Origin: Candidatus Sulfopaludibacter sp. SbA3
Lineage (GTDB): Bacteria; Acidobacteriota; Terriglobia; 20CM-2-55-15
Length of the DNA: 64,000 nucleotides
Assembly (NCBI GenBank): GCA_945865815.1
Contig: CAMBFR010000002.1
Span: 30,308 to 94,307, forward strand
Direction of reading: 5' to 3'
Shown here: positions 54,851 through 63,608 of the stretch, in pieces
How positions within the stretch are numbered: the stretch's first letter is position 1
Layout of the letters: each line of letters opens with the position of its first letter
Made by a program: the position numbers and the translations under genes
Notes under the pieces: generated by a model
What the model was told of the DNA's origin: nothing
Database searches by the model: none
Seen by the model: only the letters and a program-made list of their open reading frames with translations

Positions 54851-55956
54851 TGGGAAATATCCTGTTCCGGTCTCAGATAGCGCTGCTCGTAATCGAAGCA
54901 AAGCCTATCGAGGACTTCCATTGCCTGGGGCGTAGCTAACTCGGCTACAAACTGCCTCCGCCGTTCGAACTCCCTCGCTTCGTCAGATTCTTTCTGTGGG
55001 GGTTCCCAGCCATATTCTTTGTAGATCGGCAACGCGATTCCCTCTGCGTACATTTTGCGGGGAACGTTTTGTTGCTTGAGCGCCTTCCGTGTTGTCGACG
55101 TAACATCCGTGCCCAGAAGCTGCGCCATCTCTTTCATGTATGGCCACGGGTCTGTCACAAAACGTTCGAAGGGAATAATCAGTAACTGCGAGCGCTGGGA
55201 TTGAGGCAGACCATCAATGACGGCTTGTTGCGCGCGATGCATCTCTTCGTTCATATAGATGGCCTGATCCATGGGATTTGCGGTCAGATACTTGCTTTCC
55301 CAGCCCGAAACCCACCACGGCAACGAACGGTCCTGATATTCGAACCAGACAGAGAAGTCGCGAGGATCATTTGCCCAGCGATGCATGAATTTCAACTGCT
55401 GCTTCAACATGTAAAGCGGGTGACGCACAACTTCGATGAACTTCAGCCTCGTACCAAGCGCCTCAAACAGACAGGGACTGATTCCGAGCAACATGTGAGT
55501 CACCAGGTGAAGAATAGGCCGCTCCCGCTGGATTCGCTCAATAGCCGCCGCGTCGCCCGGCTGGAAGAGTCGCCGAAGATACTTCCAGCGATTCGGATTG
55601 AAGCGAACACTCGAGATGTCGCTCCACCGAAAATTCGTCTCACGTGACATCGTTACGTTGTAAAGCTGCAGATCTGTGAAGATTCGTATGAGGCTGGTTG
55701 CCGCATCGGCATCGATCTTGTCGAGGAACTTCAGGCAACAGGTGTATTCAAGCTGGTACGAGTACTGAACCAGTTCAACGCGCGCCATACCACTGACAAT
55801 CGGCGCCAGCATCGTCTTGCCGCATCCAGGCATGCCATCAACGAGGACTACTGTCTCCGCCAAATGAACCGGCCGGCTGACCCTTTGTGTCTGTCCCCTC
55901 AGAATTGTCACGCTACGATGAGGAGCCCCGATCTGAGCTGTCGACGCTGTAGCCAA
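54847..55956 (-). CDS. P-loop containing protein (possible sulfotransferase or small-molecule kinase)
   Basis: VLVDGMPGCGKTMLAPIV Walker A-like motif. The rest is unassigned. Size and context are compatible with a sugar sulfotransferase or kinase. Confidence 0.3.
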   Translation of the reverse strand: MATASTAQIGAPHRSVTILRGQTQRVSRPVHLAETVVLVDGMPGCGKTMLAPIVSGMARVELVQYSYQLEYTCCLKFLDKIDADAATSLIRIFTDLQLYNVTMSRETNFRWSDISSVRFNPNRWKYLRRLFQPGDAAAIERIQRERPILHLVTHMLLGISPCLFEALGTRLKFIEVVRHPLYMLKQQLKFMHRWANDPRDFSVWFEYQDRSLPWWVSGWESKYLTANPMDQAIYMNEEMHRAQQAVIDGLPQSQRSQLLIIPFERFVTDPWPYMKEMAQLLGTDVTSTTRKALKQQNVPRKMYAEGIALPIYKEYGWEPPQKESDEAREFERRRQFVAELATPQAMEVLDRLCFDYEQRYLRPEQDISQ

Positions 55957-56977
55957 ACAGTTGTTCCCCGTACCGCGTCAGATCAAGAGTCGTCTGCAGT
56001 GAGATGAGTGGCATGATGGCTCGTATCTTCGAGTCGAGCATTGCCGCAACCTGTTCCACGAAACCTGTTTTGACATCCGCAGCCAGGGTTGTCAATGGGA
56101 CTTCTTCCCAGTCGCTCATCGGATCCGTTCGCTGGAAGAGTTTTTCGAGCGGGCATAGCCGGTAGGACGAAACCCTGGTATGAATCTCGACGAACCACCT
56201 TCCCGCCGATCCCCAATCCGCATGGTAACTATAAGGAATTTGGAGACTGGAGATTCCGGCGCCCACAAACCTGCTCCCGCTTGGGTGCCAACTGACAGCT
56301 GCTCCGGTCCTGTAGCCGTTCCACTGGCCTGGCAATCCGATCAGCCCATGTGCCAGGCTCATCACGTGCAGGCTGTTGGCTATGCCCCATCTCCTCATTT
56401 CATCCGGTGAATAGCGATTGGGATCAAGCTTCTTAACGAACTCCGTGAAGGAATACGTGCACGATGTGATACCGCCTTGTTCCTCTGCTCTGGCGCGTGC
56501 TTCATGGAACGACGGATAGGCGACTCGGTTATAACCGCATGCAGTGTCGACCTGACAGCTGCCAGCCTCGACTGCTAACTCCTCGATCTCTGAGGACCAG
56601 AGGGAAACCGGCTTTTCGATGAGGATCTTTCGATAGCCCAGAGCCATGAGATGTCTTGCGGCCGGAACCAGGCTTTTAATCGGCAACGCAATAATCGCCA
56701 GTTCACCGTTTACCGGCTTGATCCGCAGTTGTTCAAAATCACCCGGCAATCGCGTGATACCGTGCTGTTCATCCAATTCCGTCAATTCGGCGCTTGGTCT
56801 GGAACATACCCGTACGTGGCCAACGCGCAATGTTCGAAGCGCTTTTACGAACTGGCGTCCCATGCCGCCATATCCGATCACCGTAGCGGTGTGTGTGGAG
56901 AAATCGGCCTGGGATATCGCTGCAGCGAGCTGCGATGAATTGGCGCTGATGTTTGAACTCCCGGGAAGGCTGGTCAT
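55913..56977 (-). CDS. Gfo/Idh/MocA-like oxidoreductase
   Basis: TATVIGYGGMGRQFVKAL Rossmann start and ILIEKP. Confidence 0.55.
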   Translation of the reverse strand: MTSLPGSSNISANSSQLAAAISQADFSTHTATVIGYGGMGRQFVKALRTLRVGHVRVCSRPSAELTELDEQHGITRLPGDFEQLRIKPVNGELAIIALPIKSLVPAARHLMALGYRKILIEKPVSLWSSEIEELAVEAGSCQVDTACGYNRVAYPSFHEARARAEEQGGITSCTYSFTEFVKKLDPNRYSPDEMRRWGIANSLHVMSLAHGLIGLPGQWNGYRTGAAVSWHPSGSRFVGAGISSLQIPYSYHADWGSAGRWFVEIHTRVSSYRLCPLEKLFQRTDPMSDWEEVPLTTLAADVKTGFVEQVAAMLDSKIRAIMPLISLQTTLDLTRYGEQLFGYSVDSSDRGSSS

Positions 56978-57951
56978 GTAACAGGAGAGTGACTGACTGG
57001 AGTGCCGAGGAGACGTTCAAAGTGTGGCTGGAGTTCTGTGAGTATGAAATCGTGTGCGGCAAAGCACTGCTTCAAACTCGGCAGCTGACAACACCCGTGA
57101 GCCAGAATATCCGTGACAAAACCTCTGCTCATATTGCTGATCGTCAGGTCAGCCTCAAATGGCACAGGCCGCCAGGCCCATCCGGTTTCTTCGCTGCTCT
57201 CGTACAGCCATTTCATCATGTCGTCAACCACAGCTCGATAGCGGGACGACACGACTGAAAAAAGAACCGGTGAAGAGTGTTTCGCGTCAAAAGAGAGGAA
57301 CAAGGTGCTGTCCCTCTTTGAACGGCCACAGAGAGTTCCACTTAAATCGCAGGCGCCGCGCTTAGTCTGGTGCAGGATTGGGTCTATTCGACTGGCAAGG
57401 CCCTCAATACTGTCCGCATCATCGTAAAAGGCAAACAAATCGGCAACGTGGATGCCATTCGTTACCAGCCCGTGATTACCGCCGGTTGCCGTAAACACGA
57501 ACGGTTCTCCACCGCGCAAGTTCGCTTTCACCCGAGAGTGGGAAGGATGAGCCCGTGTCTTACAGTTGACCCAGACCAGGAGCTGCTTCGCGTCAGAGAA
57601 ACGGATCAGTTCCTGATAGTCCAGAACGGATTGAGAGACGACCTTCTCTAACAGAAAGCTCTTATAGTCCAAACGGTCTGCCACGTCACGCACCACGCGG
57701 CAGCGAACGTCAGCCTGAGTCGCAACAATGCAGAGGTCTCCGCCGGGACTGACTTCATCCAAGGACGATAGCCATCTGAATGTCGTGACCCGCGAGTCCG
57801 GCACTTCAGAAACCCGCTTCCGGCCCAACTCCAATGCTTCCGGCCGGCGGTCCACTATTTCGATCTCTCGTACCTCCGGTAAGGAAGCAACGGCTTGCAG
57901 ATGACGGCTCCCGATCTCGCCACAACCGATCAACAGAATGCGTTTGCTCAT
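56974..57951 (-). CDS. Gfo/Idh/MocA family oxidoreductase
   Basis: MSKRILLIGCGEIGSRHLQAVASL and LLEKVV. Confidence 0.7.
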   Translation of the reverse strand: MSKRILLIGCGEIGSRHLQAVASLPEVREIEIVDRRPEALELGRKRVSEVPDSRVTTFRWLSSLDEVSPGGDLCIVATQADVRCRVVRDVADRLDYKSFLLEKVVSQSVLDYQELIRFSDAKQLLVWVNCKTRAHPSHSRVKANLRGGEPFVFTATGGNHGLVTNGIHVADLFAFYDDADSIEGLASRIDPILHQTKRGACDLSGTLCGRSKRDSTLFLSFDAKHSSPVLFSVVSSRYRAVVDDMMKWLYESSEETGWAWRPVPFEADLTISNMSRGFVTDILAHGCCQLPSLKQCFAAHDFILTELQPHFERLLGTPVSHSPVT

Positions 57952-58535
57952 CGATTACTGGAGTATTCGGCCGATCCAATAATCTGATCGCACACGGCAA
58001 GCAGCCAAATATGATGTGTCATTTCGACGATGTTATAGGCCCGGCTGTCGACCCAGAAATTCAGATGGCCGTGTCTCTTCAGGGGATTGTCTTCAGCGAA
58101 GCCCGTAAACGTTACTAATTTCAATCCCGCATTCACGGAGTAGCTGGCCGCGTTGACCATATTCGGCGACCTTCCGCTGGAGCTGATGAGAATGACAGCA
58201 TCTTCACTGTCGGCATAGAACTCCAGTGCCTTCTCCACCCAGTGCTCGTAACCGTAGTCGTTGGCAAAACAAGTAATAAGATCGGCCTCGTTGAAATTAA
58301 CAGCCCGAATGCGCGCCTGCTTGGTCAAATCGACAGCGCAGTGACTGGCGATTGCGGAGCTTCCGCCATTACCGGCAAGGATGACCTTCCCCCCTTTCTT
58401 CGAAATAGAACAAAGAAGGTCCTTCAGCTCAACGAGCAGCGAAATCACGCCAGGTTGAAAAAGGCTAGCCTGGTATCGCTCGAGGTACTGTGTCAGCCAC
58501 TGTTCCTCCGGCCGGTCCGGTTTACCGGTTTTCAT
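57948..58535 (-). CDS. SIS-domain sedoheptulose-7-phosphate isomerase (GmhA-like), second copy
   Basis: GGKVILAGNGGSSAIASHCAVDL and AVILISSSGRSPN. Confidence 0.8.
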   Translation of the reverse strand: MKTGKPDRPEEQWLTQYLERYQASLFQPGVISLLVELKDLLCSISKKGGKVILAGNGGSSAIASHCAVDLTKQARIRAVNFNEADLITCFANDYGYEHWVEKALEFYADSEDAVILISSSGRSPNMVNAASYSVNAGLKLVTFTGFAEDNPLKRHGHLNFWVDSRAYNIVEMTHHIWLLAVCDQIIGSAEYSSNR

Positions 58536-59562
58536 AAATCTTGTCGATGAGCCGCATCAGTTTCAGAGCATCCTGCGATGTTCCGCACTCGATCGGTGTG
58601 TCGTTCTCGATTGCCCGGAAGAAATGTTCGATCTCGTAGCGCCACGAATTGTCCACCTCAAACACCAGATCTTCCTGCTCGGTCCACGTGGCCGCAGGCG
58701 CGGCAGAACGGTTCTTGGTAACTGTCATCGATTCGGCGCCGTAGCTGCCGGAAGGAGTGAGAAGACCGTTAATGATAATGCAGCCCTTGTCCAGGAAGAT
58801 CTCAAGCGAGAACAGGTGCCGCCACTGGGTCATCGTGGAATGGAGAGAAGCGACAACGCCATCTTTGTTCCTGAAGGTGGCGAATACGTTGTCCTCGACA
58901 TCGAGTTTCCAGTAAAGGTTAGAAACAAATGAGTGCACTTCGTCGAAGTCACCGGCCATCATCACAAAAAGGTCCAGCATGTGAATGCCCTGGTCAATCA
59001 TGATGCCGCCGCCGGCATATTCCTTCTTCGCGCGCCAACTGCCGTAGAAGCTCTCCTCGACGCTCTTGCCGTAACGTCCACGCATCCACAGGATCCGCCC
59101 GTAGGCGCCGGAATCGATGAACTCCTTGGCCTTGATGATGCTCTCGTGATGCCTGTGGTTGAATCCATACATCAACTTCTTGCCGTTCCGCATCTCCACC
59201 GCGATGACTTCTTCGATTTCTTTCGCTGTGAACGCGGGCGGCTTTTCACAGAAAACGTGCTTTCCCGCTTTCAAGGCCTCAATTGTCAGTTTCTGGTTCA
59301 AATAATTGGGCGTGCAGATGAATACAGCCTGAACCTCGGGATCGGCTATAAGGTCCGCTGCCGTCCGGTGAACGCGAACGTTCGTCAGTTGCGCGAGCCG
59401 CTCGGAATCTGGGTCTGTTGCCGCCACCACACGCGCATTCCCGTTCTCGGCGATCGTGGAATAACGGATGCGGCCCATTTTCCCCATGCCGACAATGCCA
59501 ACCGAGATCACGTTTCTTGTCTGCTTTGGTGGATTCTCCAGGTCTGGAGCGTTTCTAGTCAT
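58522..59562 (-). CDS. Gfo/Idh/MocA family oxidoreductase
   Basis: ISVGIVGMGKMGRIRYSTIAE and VFCEKPPAF. The C-terminal half is similar in pattern to 32766..33818. Confidence 0.8.
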   Translation of the reverse strand: MTRNAPDLENPPKQTRNVISVGIVGMGKMGRIRYSTIAENGNARVVAATDPDSERLAQLTNVRVHRTAADLIADPEVQAVFICTPNYLNQKLTIEALKAGKHVFCEKPPAFTAKEIEEVIAVEMRNGKKLMYGFNHRHHESIIKAKEFIDSGAYGRILWMRGRYGKSVEESFYGSWRAKKEYAGGGIMIDQGIHMLDLFVMMAGDFDEVHSFVSNLYWKLDVEDNVFATFRNKDGVVASLHSTMTQWRHLFSLEIFLDKGCIIINGLLTPSGSYGAESMTVTKNRSAAPAATWTEQEDLVFEVDNSWRYEIEHFFRAIENDTPIECGTSQDALKLMRLIDKIYENR

Positions 59563-60637
59563 AAATCAGACCATTTCCGATAGTCCGCAAGTATTGCCTG
59601 CAGACCCCCTGAAATCGTTCGTCATTCGGATACCTTCCTCTAAACACGTGGCCGGGCTCCTTCATGAGGATGAGCGCAAGGTCGCCACCGACATTCTTCT
59701 TGTCACGCGCGAGAGCTTCAAAAAATGGGTTCTCCGGAATGTGAGTGCGTTGGAAACCCGAAAAATTCCGCGACAACAGAATGTGTAGTTCCTCGAATAT
59801 AGATCGGGTGGTGAGGCCCAGGCGGCAGGACACGTAATTGGCGATATCCGCACCCATTGTGACGCCTATTCCATGGGGTATAGCGTAGTTCGTCGCACTC
59901 TCAAGGGCGTGGCCAAAGCTGTGGCCATAGTTCATGACCAGTCGTTCTGCCCGGTCAAACTCGTCGATCTCGATCTTCGCTTTCTTCAGCTCCAGGGATC
60001 GCCGGATGTATTTCTCCATGGTAGATCGGTTTTCGAGTATCCGTTCGTAGTCCGCCGCGATGGCGCGCGTGTCTTCCCATCCGGAAATGATATGAACCTT
60101 CAGCATTTCGCCGACGCCGGACTTCAGATCCACCGCATCAAGAGTGTCCAGTAATTCGGTGGAAATTCGCACCTCATCCGGGGGAGTGAACGTCCCCAGT
60201 TGATTCTTATAGCCGCCTACGTTGATCGACGTTTTGGATCCGATACAGCTATCCGCTTGTGCAAGCAATGTGGTTGGATAGAACCGCCAGCGTAGCCCTC
60301 GCAGCAATGTTGCAGCAATGAATGCCGTGATGTCCTGAATAATGCCGCCACCGATGGCAACAAGCACATGATCGCGGCGGATCCCGTGATTGACCAGGTG
60401 GATAACGTATTCGGGAATCTTTTCAAGCGATTTGTTTTCCTCGGCCGCCTGTATGCGGAGGGTTGAAGGACGCGATAGAGCTGACTGCAACGGTTCGGCA
60501 TAGAGTTCGGCAACGCGGGAGTCGATGATGAGATGTTCGTTCTCTTTCAGGCCTGCTTCCAGTCCATCGAACGCGTGTCCAAACGCAACCGTGTATGGTC
60601 CACGATGCGACTGGATTATCAACTGTGTGTCAGACAC
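59555..60637 (-). CDS. 3-dehydroquinate synthase-like sugar-phosphate cyclase
   Basis: LVAIGGGIIQDITAFIAAT (GGGxxxD NAD loop), GSKTSIN, and YGHSFGHALESATNYAIPHGIGV (metal-binding His pair), all hallmarks of DHQS/2-epi-5-epi-valiolone synthase enzymes. Confidence 0.75.
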   Translation of the reverse strand: MSDTQLIIQSHRGPYTVAFGHAFDGLEAGLKENEHLIIDSRVAELYAEPLQSALSRPSTLRIQAAEENKSLEKIPEYVIHLVNHGIRRDHVLVAIGGGIIQDITAFIAATLLRGLRWRFYPTTLLAQADSCIGSKTSINVGGYKNQLGTFTPPDEVRISTELLDTLDAVDLKSGVGEMLKVHIISGWEDTRAIAADYERILENRSTMEKYIRRSLELKKAKIEIDEFDRAERLVMNYGHSFGHALESATNYAIPHGIGVTMGADIANYVSCRLGLTTRSIFEELHILLSRNFSGFQRTHIPENPFFEALARDKKNVGGDLALILMKEPGHVFRGRYPNDERFQGVCRQYLRTIGNGLIYD

Positions 60638-61337
60638 ACGTAAATCCGCCGTCGACGATTACATTTTGGCCGGTCATATACGTATTATCTTCACTGGCCA
60701 AAAAGCCGATGTAGCGTGCGATCTCTTCGGGCTGTCCCAACCTCTGCATAGGGACTCGCGCCTGCATTTCCTGCATACCTGCGGGTCCGAGATTGGCTCG
60801 GGTAAGATCCGTATCAATGAAGCCTGGCGAGAGACAGTTCACAAGGATGTTGTCCGCGGCAACTTCGATAGCCAGTGAGCGGCTTAGACCGACGAGGCCA
60901 AACTTGCTCGCCGAATACGCGGAGCGGCCCTCCTTGCTGACCACGCTGAAAATAGATGCGATGTTGACGATCCGTCCGAATCGACGCGATTGCATTCCTG
61001 GAACAACGGCTCTGCAAAGCATGAACGGCGCTGTCACATTGACCTGGTGAATCAGGGCGAAATCTTTCGGATCGCACTGGGAAAGGGGACCGATTTTGTT
61101 AATACCGGCATTGTTGACGAGTACCGAGAGCCGCAGGTCGCCGATCGTGGAAGCAAGCCTCTCCAGAGCAGCCAAATCGGCAAAGTCGCAGGAGAGATAG
61201 TGGCATCCGGGCGGCGGCTCGCACTGCGAAGAGCGGCCGGTTACGAAGACTTCATGTCCAGACCTGACAAGAACCAGGGCGGTGGCGAGGCCAATACCGC
61301 GAGTTCCGCCAGTAACCAGGGCGCGTTTTTCAGGCAC
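60630..61337 (-). CDS. SDR family oxidoreductase
   Basis: ALVTGGTRGIGLATALVL, NNAG and YSASKFG. Confidence 0.85.
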   Translation of the reverse strand: MPEKRALVTGGTRGIGLATALVLVRSGHEVFVTGRSSQCEPPPGCHYLSCDFADLAALERLASTIGDLRLSVLVNNAGINKIGPLSQCDPKDFALIHQVNVTAPFMLCRAVVPGMQSRRFGRIVNIASIFSVVSKEGRSAYSASKFGLVGLSRSLAIEVAADNILVNCLSPGFIDTDLTRANLGPAGMQEMQARVPMQRLGQPEEIARYIGFLASEDNTYMTGQNVIVDGGFTCV

Positions 61338-61357
61338 GAGAGGGTTCCAGGAAACGG

Positions 61358-62743
61358 CTAACCAAGAGCAGGGAGCCCGCCTTGGTTGAAGACCAACTCA
61401 CACAGGATTTGAGGTACGCTTTTCCTGTCAGGTGGAACGAACTTGCGGCGAACAAATATGTCCGGGTCATAGCTGCAGTCGTTTTCGATCCATCCAATGT
61501 GGTCCGACACTCCAAATGAGAAACGGGGATTGGAAACGTTCGGGTGAGACACCGCAATAAGGCCGATCACGTTTACGAAATTGCAGGCTTCGCGGGCAAC
61601 AAATAATCCGTTTGAGAAGGGACCGACAACTGCGACATAGTCGCACGCTACTTCCCTGATCGGTTGATCGTTCTCCGCAACAGTCGCGACAATGCCTTGC
61701 ATCCTTAAATAGGTGCACAACTTTGCAGCCGGGTCCCCCTCTGACCTGGGGTGGGGCCGCAAGTGAACCGCACTGCCTCCGGTCTTCTTAAGCACAGTTT
61801 GAATATCACGATAATAAAGAGGGAAAAACTCTTCCGGCACGTAGCCTTCTACGAGAACCAGGATGATCGAGCTGCCAGACTCCATTGTCCGGCAACGGCA
61901 GTTATCCCGTGTTGGATAACTCGCCACATAAACACGTGATTTCTCGAAGAGTGGGGCGTGCGCCCTTGCCATGACTTCATCAAAAAAAATCGTGGCGTGG
62001 CTTCTGCCCGATCCGATTTGAGTCAACTGATCGTATGCGTGATAAGGGAAACTCCTGCCTGCAAATACGGTGGGCAGTAGAATACGATCGATAAAATAAG
62101 TGTCTTTCTCTAAGAGGTTCCTAACGCGAACACGCACTTGTTCTATCAGTTTGCCAATCAAAAATCTGAGGGATCCAGTCTGCTTTACGCCGGCAACTAA
62201 ATTGCGAATTGCTCGTTTCTGCTTTTCTGATTCGGCTTGTTTGCCGAGTGCCACAGCGCTGGCAGGACTCCTGCCGCTTAACAATTCTTTCGACAGCACC
62301 TCTTTCAACAATAAGTGGGTTCTACCCACGCTGAGGCAAACGCGAACGCAATCACTGGGAAGCACACATTCTGTCAAATACCGATGAAATGAGACCAACT
62401 CGTCACTCGCCAGCAAGGCGTCGAAATTGAAACTGCGCCAAAGTCGGATATTGCGTCGAATGAACCAATGGTGATTAAACAGATCCGCACGACGCCCGGA
62501 GGGAGCGTAATCCGGCAGAAGCCAGCACTTCTCAATGGACCCCGTTCTAACCAGACAGTCCAATAGTTCATGCAAGCGCCCGGTAATCCGATAATCCCAG
62601 AGAATGATATAGACGGTAAAGTGCTCAACTAGTTCAGGAATCAAAGGGACGATGGCCTCATGGAACATATAGGGACTCGTCCACGAAATCAGCAGCCTCT
62701 TTTTCACAGAGCTCACTGACCCGTCGGGGATCGACGGCCACAC
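61358..62743 (-). CDS. hypothetical protein; candidate GT-B CMP-sugar glycosyltransferase (HP motif)
   Basis: 461 aa with no classical motifs except VHLRPHPRSE and a later AVSHPN, plus a GPFSNGLFVAREA segment. Resembles the HP-motif transferases at 33790 and 36261. Confidence 0.3.
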   Translation of the reverse strand: MWPSIPDGSVSSVKKRLLISWTSPYMFHEAIVPLIPELVEHFTVYIILWDYRITGRLHELLDCLVRTGSIEKCWLLPDYAPSGRRADLFNHHWFIRRNIRLWRSFNFDALLASDELVSFHRYLTECVLPSDCVRVCLSVGRTHLLLKEVLSKELLSGRSPASAVALGKQAESEKQKRAIRNLVAGVKQTGSLRFLIGKLIEQVRVRVRNLLEKDTYFIDRILLPTVFAGRSFPYHAYDQLTQIGSGRSHATIFFDEVMARAHAPLFEKSRVYVASYPTRDNCRCRTMESGSSIILVLVEGYVPEEFFPLYYRDIQTVLKKTGGSAVHLRPHPRSEGDPAAKLCTYLRMQGIVATVAENDQPIREVACDYVAVVGPFSNGLFVAREACNFVNVIGLIAVSHPNVSNPRFSFGVSDHIGWIENDCSYDPDIFVRRKFVPPDRKSVPQILCELVFNQGGLPALG

Positions 62744-63585
62744 ACCATAAACACGGAGTCCGCTGCACCCTGAGAAATCAGAGCCTGCTCGTAGTGCTCA
62801 TTCAGCTGTTCATCGTTGAAGAAGTCCCACTGATCCTGTCCGCCTCCCCTGTTGTTAATCAGCCAGCCGAGATTATTACCAAGGGTATATCGCTGCAACT
62901 GCGAGTCAACGAGGACTTCCAGTCCGGCAAACTCCACTATCAGGCGCAAGGTCTTGGACGTGAAGTAGTAAACATGTTCCGAACTGAAGTGGTTCTGGCG
63001 ATAAGCGCGGTTCTTAAAGACTGAATTCAAGGCTTCTTGAGTGTTCGGAACCTCGATAACGAAGGTCTCGGCCATGGGAAAGCGATTCATCAAATCTGTC
63101 AACAGAAGCCACGGCTTCGGAAGGTGTTCGAGCACATGAAAGAGCGTTATGACATCAACATCCCCCGGCACATCCGCAATGGAGCTAAAGCACTTCCATC
63201 CCAACGCGTTGTGCAGACTACAGATGCTTTCATTGACATCGAAGCCGGCGACTTCGAGAAACGCCCCGTGTGCCTGCTCCAAAAAGCCACCGGTTCCGCA
63301 ACCGTAGTCGAGAACTTTTCTGTCTACTGCAGCCGGAAGCAATGCCTTCAGCCTTGCCACACGCTTTCGGTTCCAGTGCCACTGTCTCTCCCGCTCCTTC
63401 TCCGGAACCCCGCCATAGTAGTTGGCGTCCGCGTAGTACGCCAGATTGACATGAGAGAAACTCACCGCCTGAATCAATTCGCAAACCGAACACTGGCCGA
63501 TGACAAGATCAGGCAAGTCTGCGCACTTGTCGCCGGTCTCCACAAGAGAGTTTCCACAGAACGAACACCGAAAATCTGAGTTCAA
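62713..63585 (-). CDS. zinc-ribbon + class I SAM-dependent methyltransferase
   Basis: N-terminal CSFCGN...CSVC zinc-ribbon and VLDYGCGTGGFLE motif I. Confidence 0.7.
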   Translation of the reverse strand: MNSDFRCSFCGNSLVETGDKCADLPDLVIGQCSVCELIQAVSFSHVNLAYYADANYYGGVPEKERERQWHWNRKRVARLKALLPAAVDRKVLDYGCGTGGFLEQAHGAFLEVAGFDVNESICSLHNALGWKCFSSIADVPGDVDVITLFHVLEHLPKPWLLLTDLMNRFPMAETFVIEVPNTQEALNSVFKNRAYRQNHFSSEHVYYFTSKTLRLIVEFAGLEVLVDSQLQRYTLGNNLGWLINNRGGGQDQWDFFNDEQLNEHYEQALISQGAADSVFMVCGRRSPTGQ

Positions 63586-63608
63586 AGGTATAAGGGACTC
63601 GGCTCTGT

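Noticed and set aside
59555-60637. DHQS-like gene interpreted as shikimate-pathway aroB
   Set aside because: No aroK, aroA, aroC or other aro genes adjacent. It is embedded among sugar isomerases, oxidoreductases and cytidylyltransferases. True AroB cannot be excluded without phylogeny, so this is kept as a finding with a stated refutation test.
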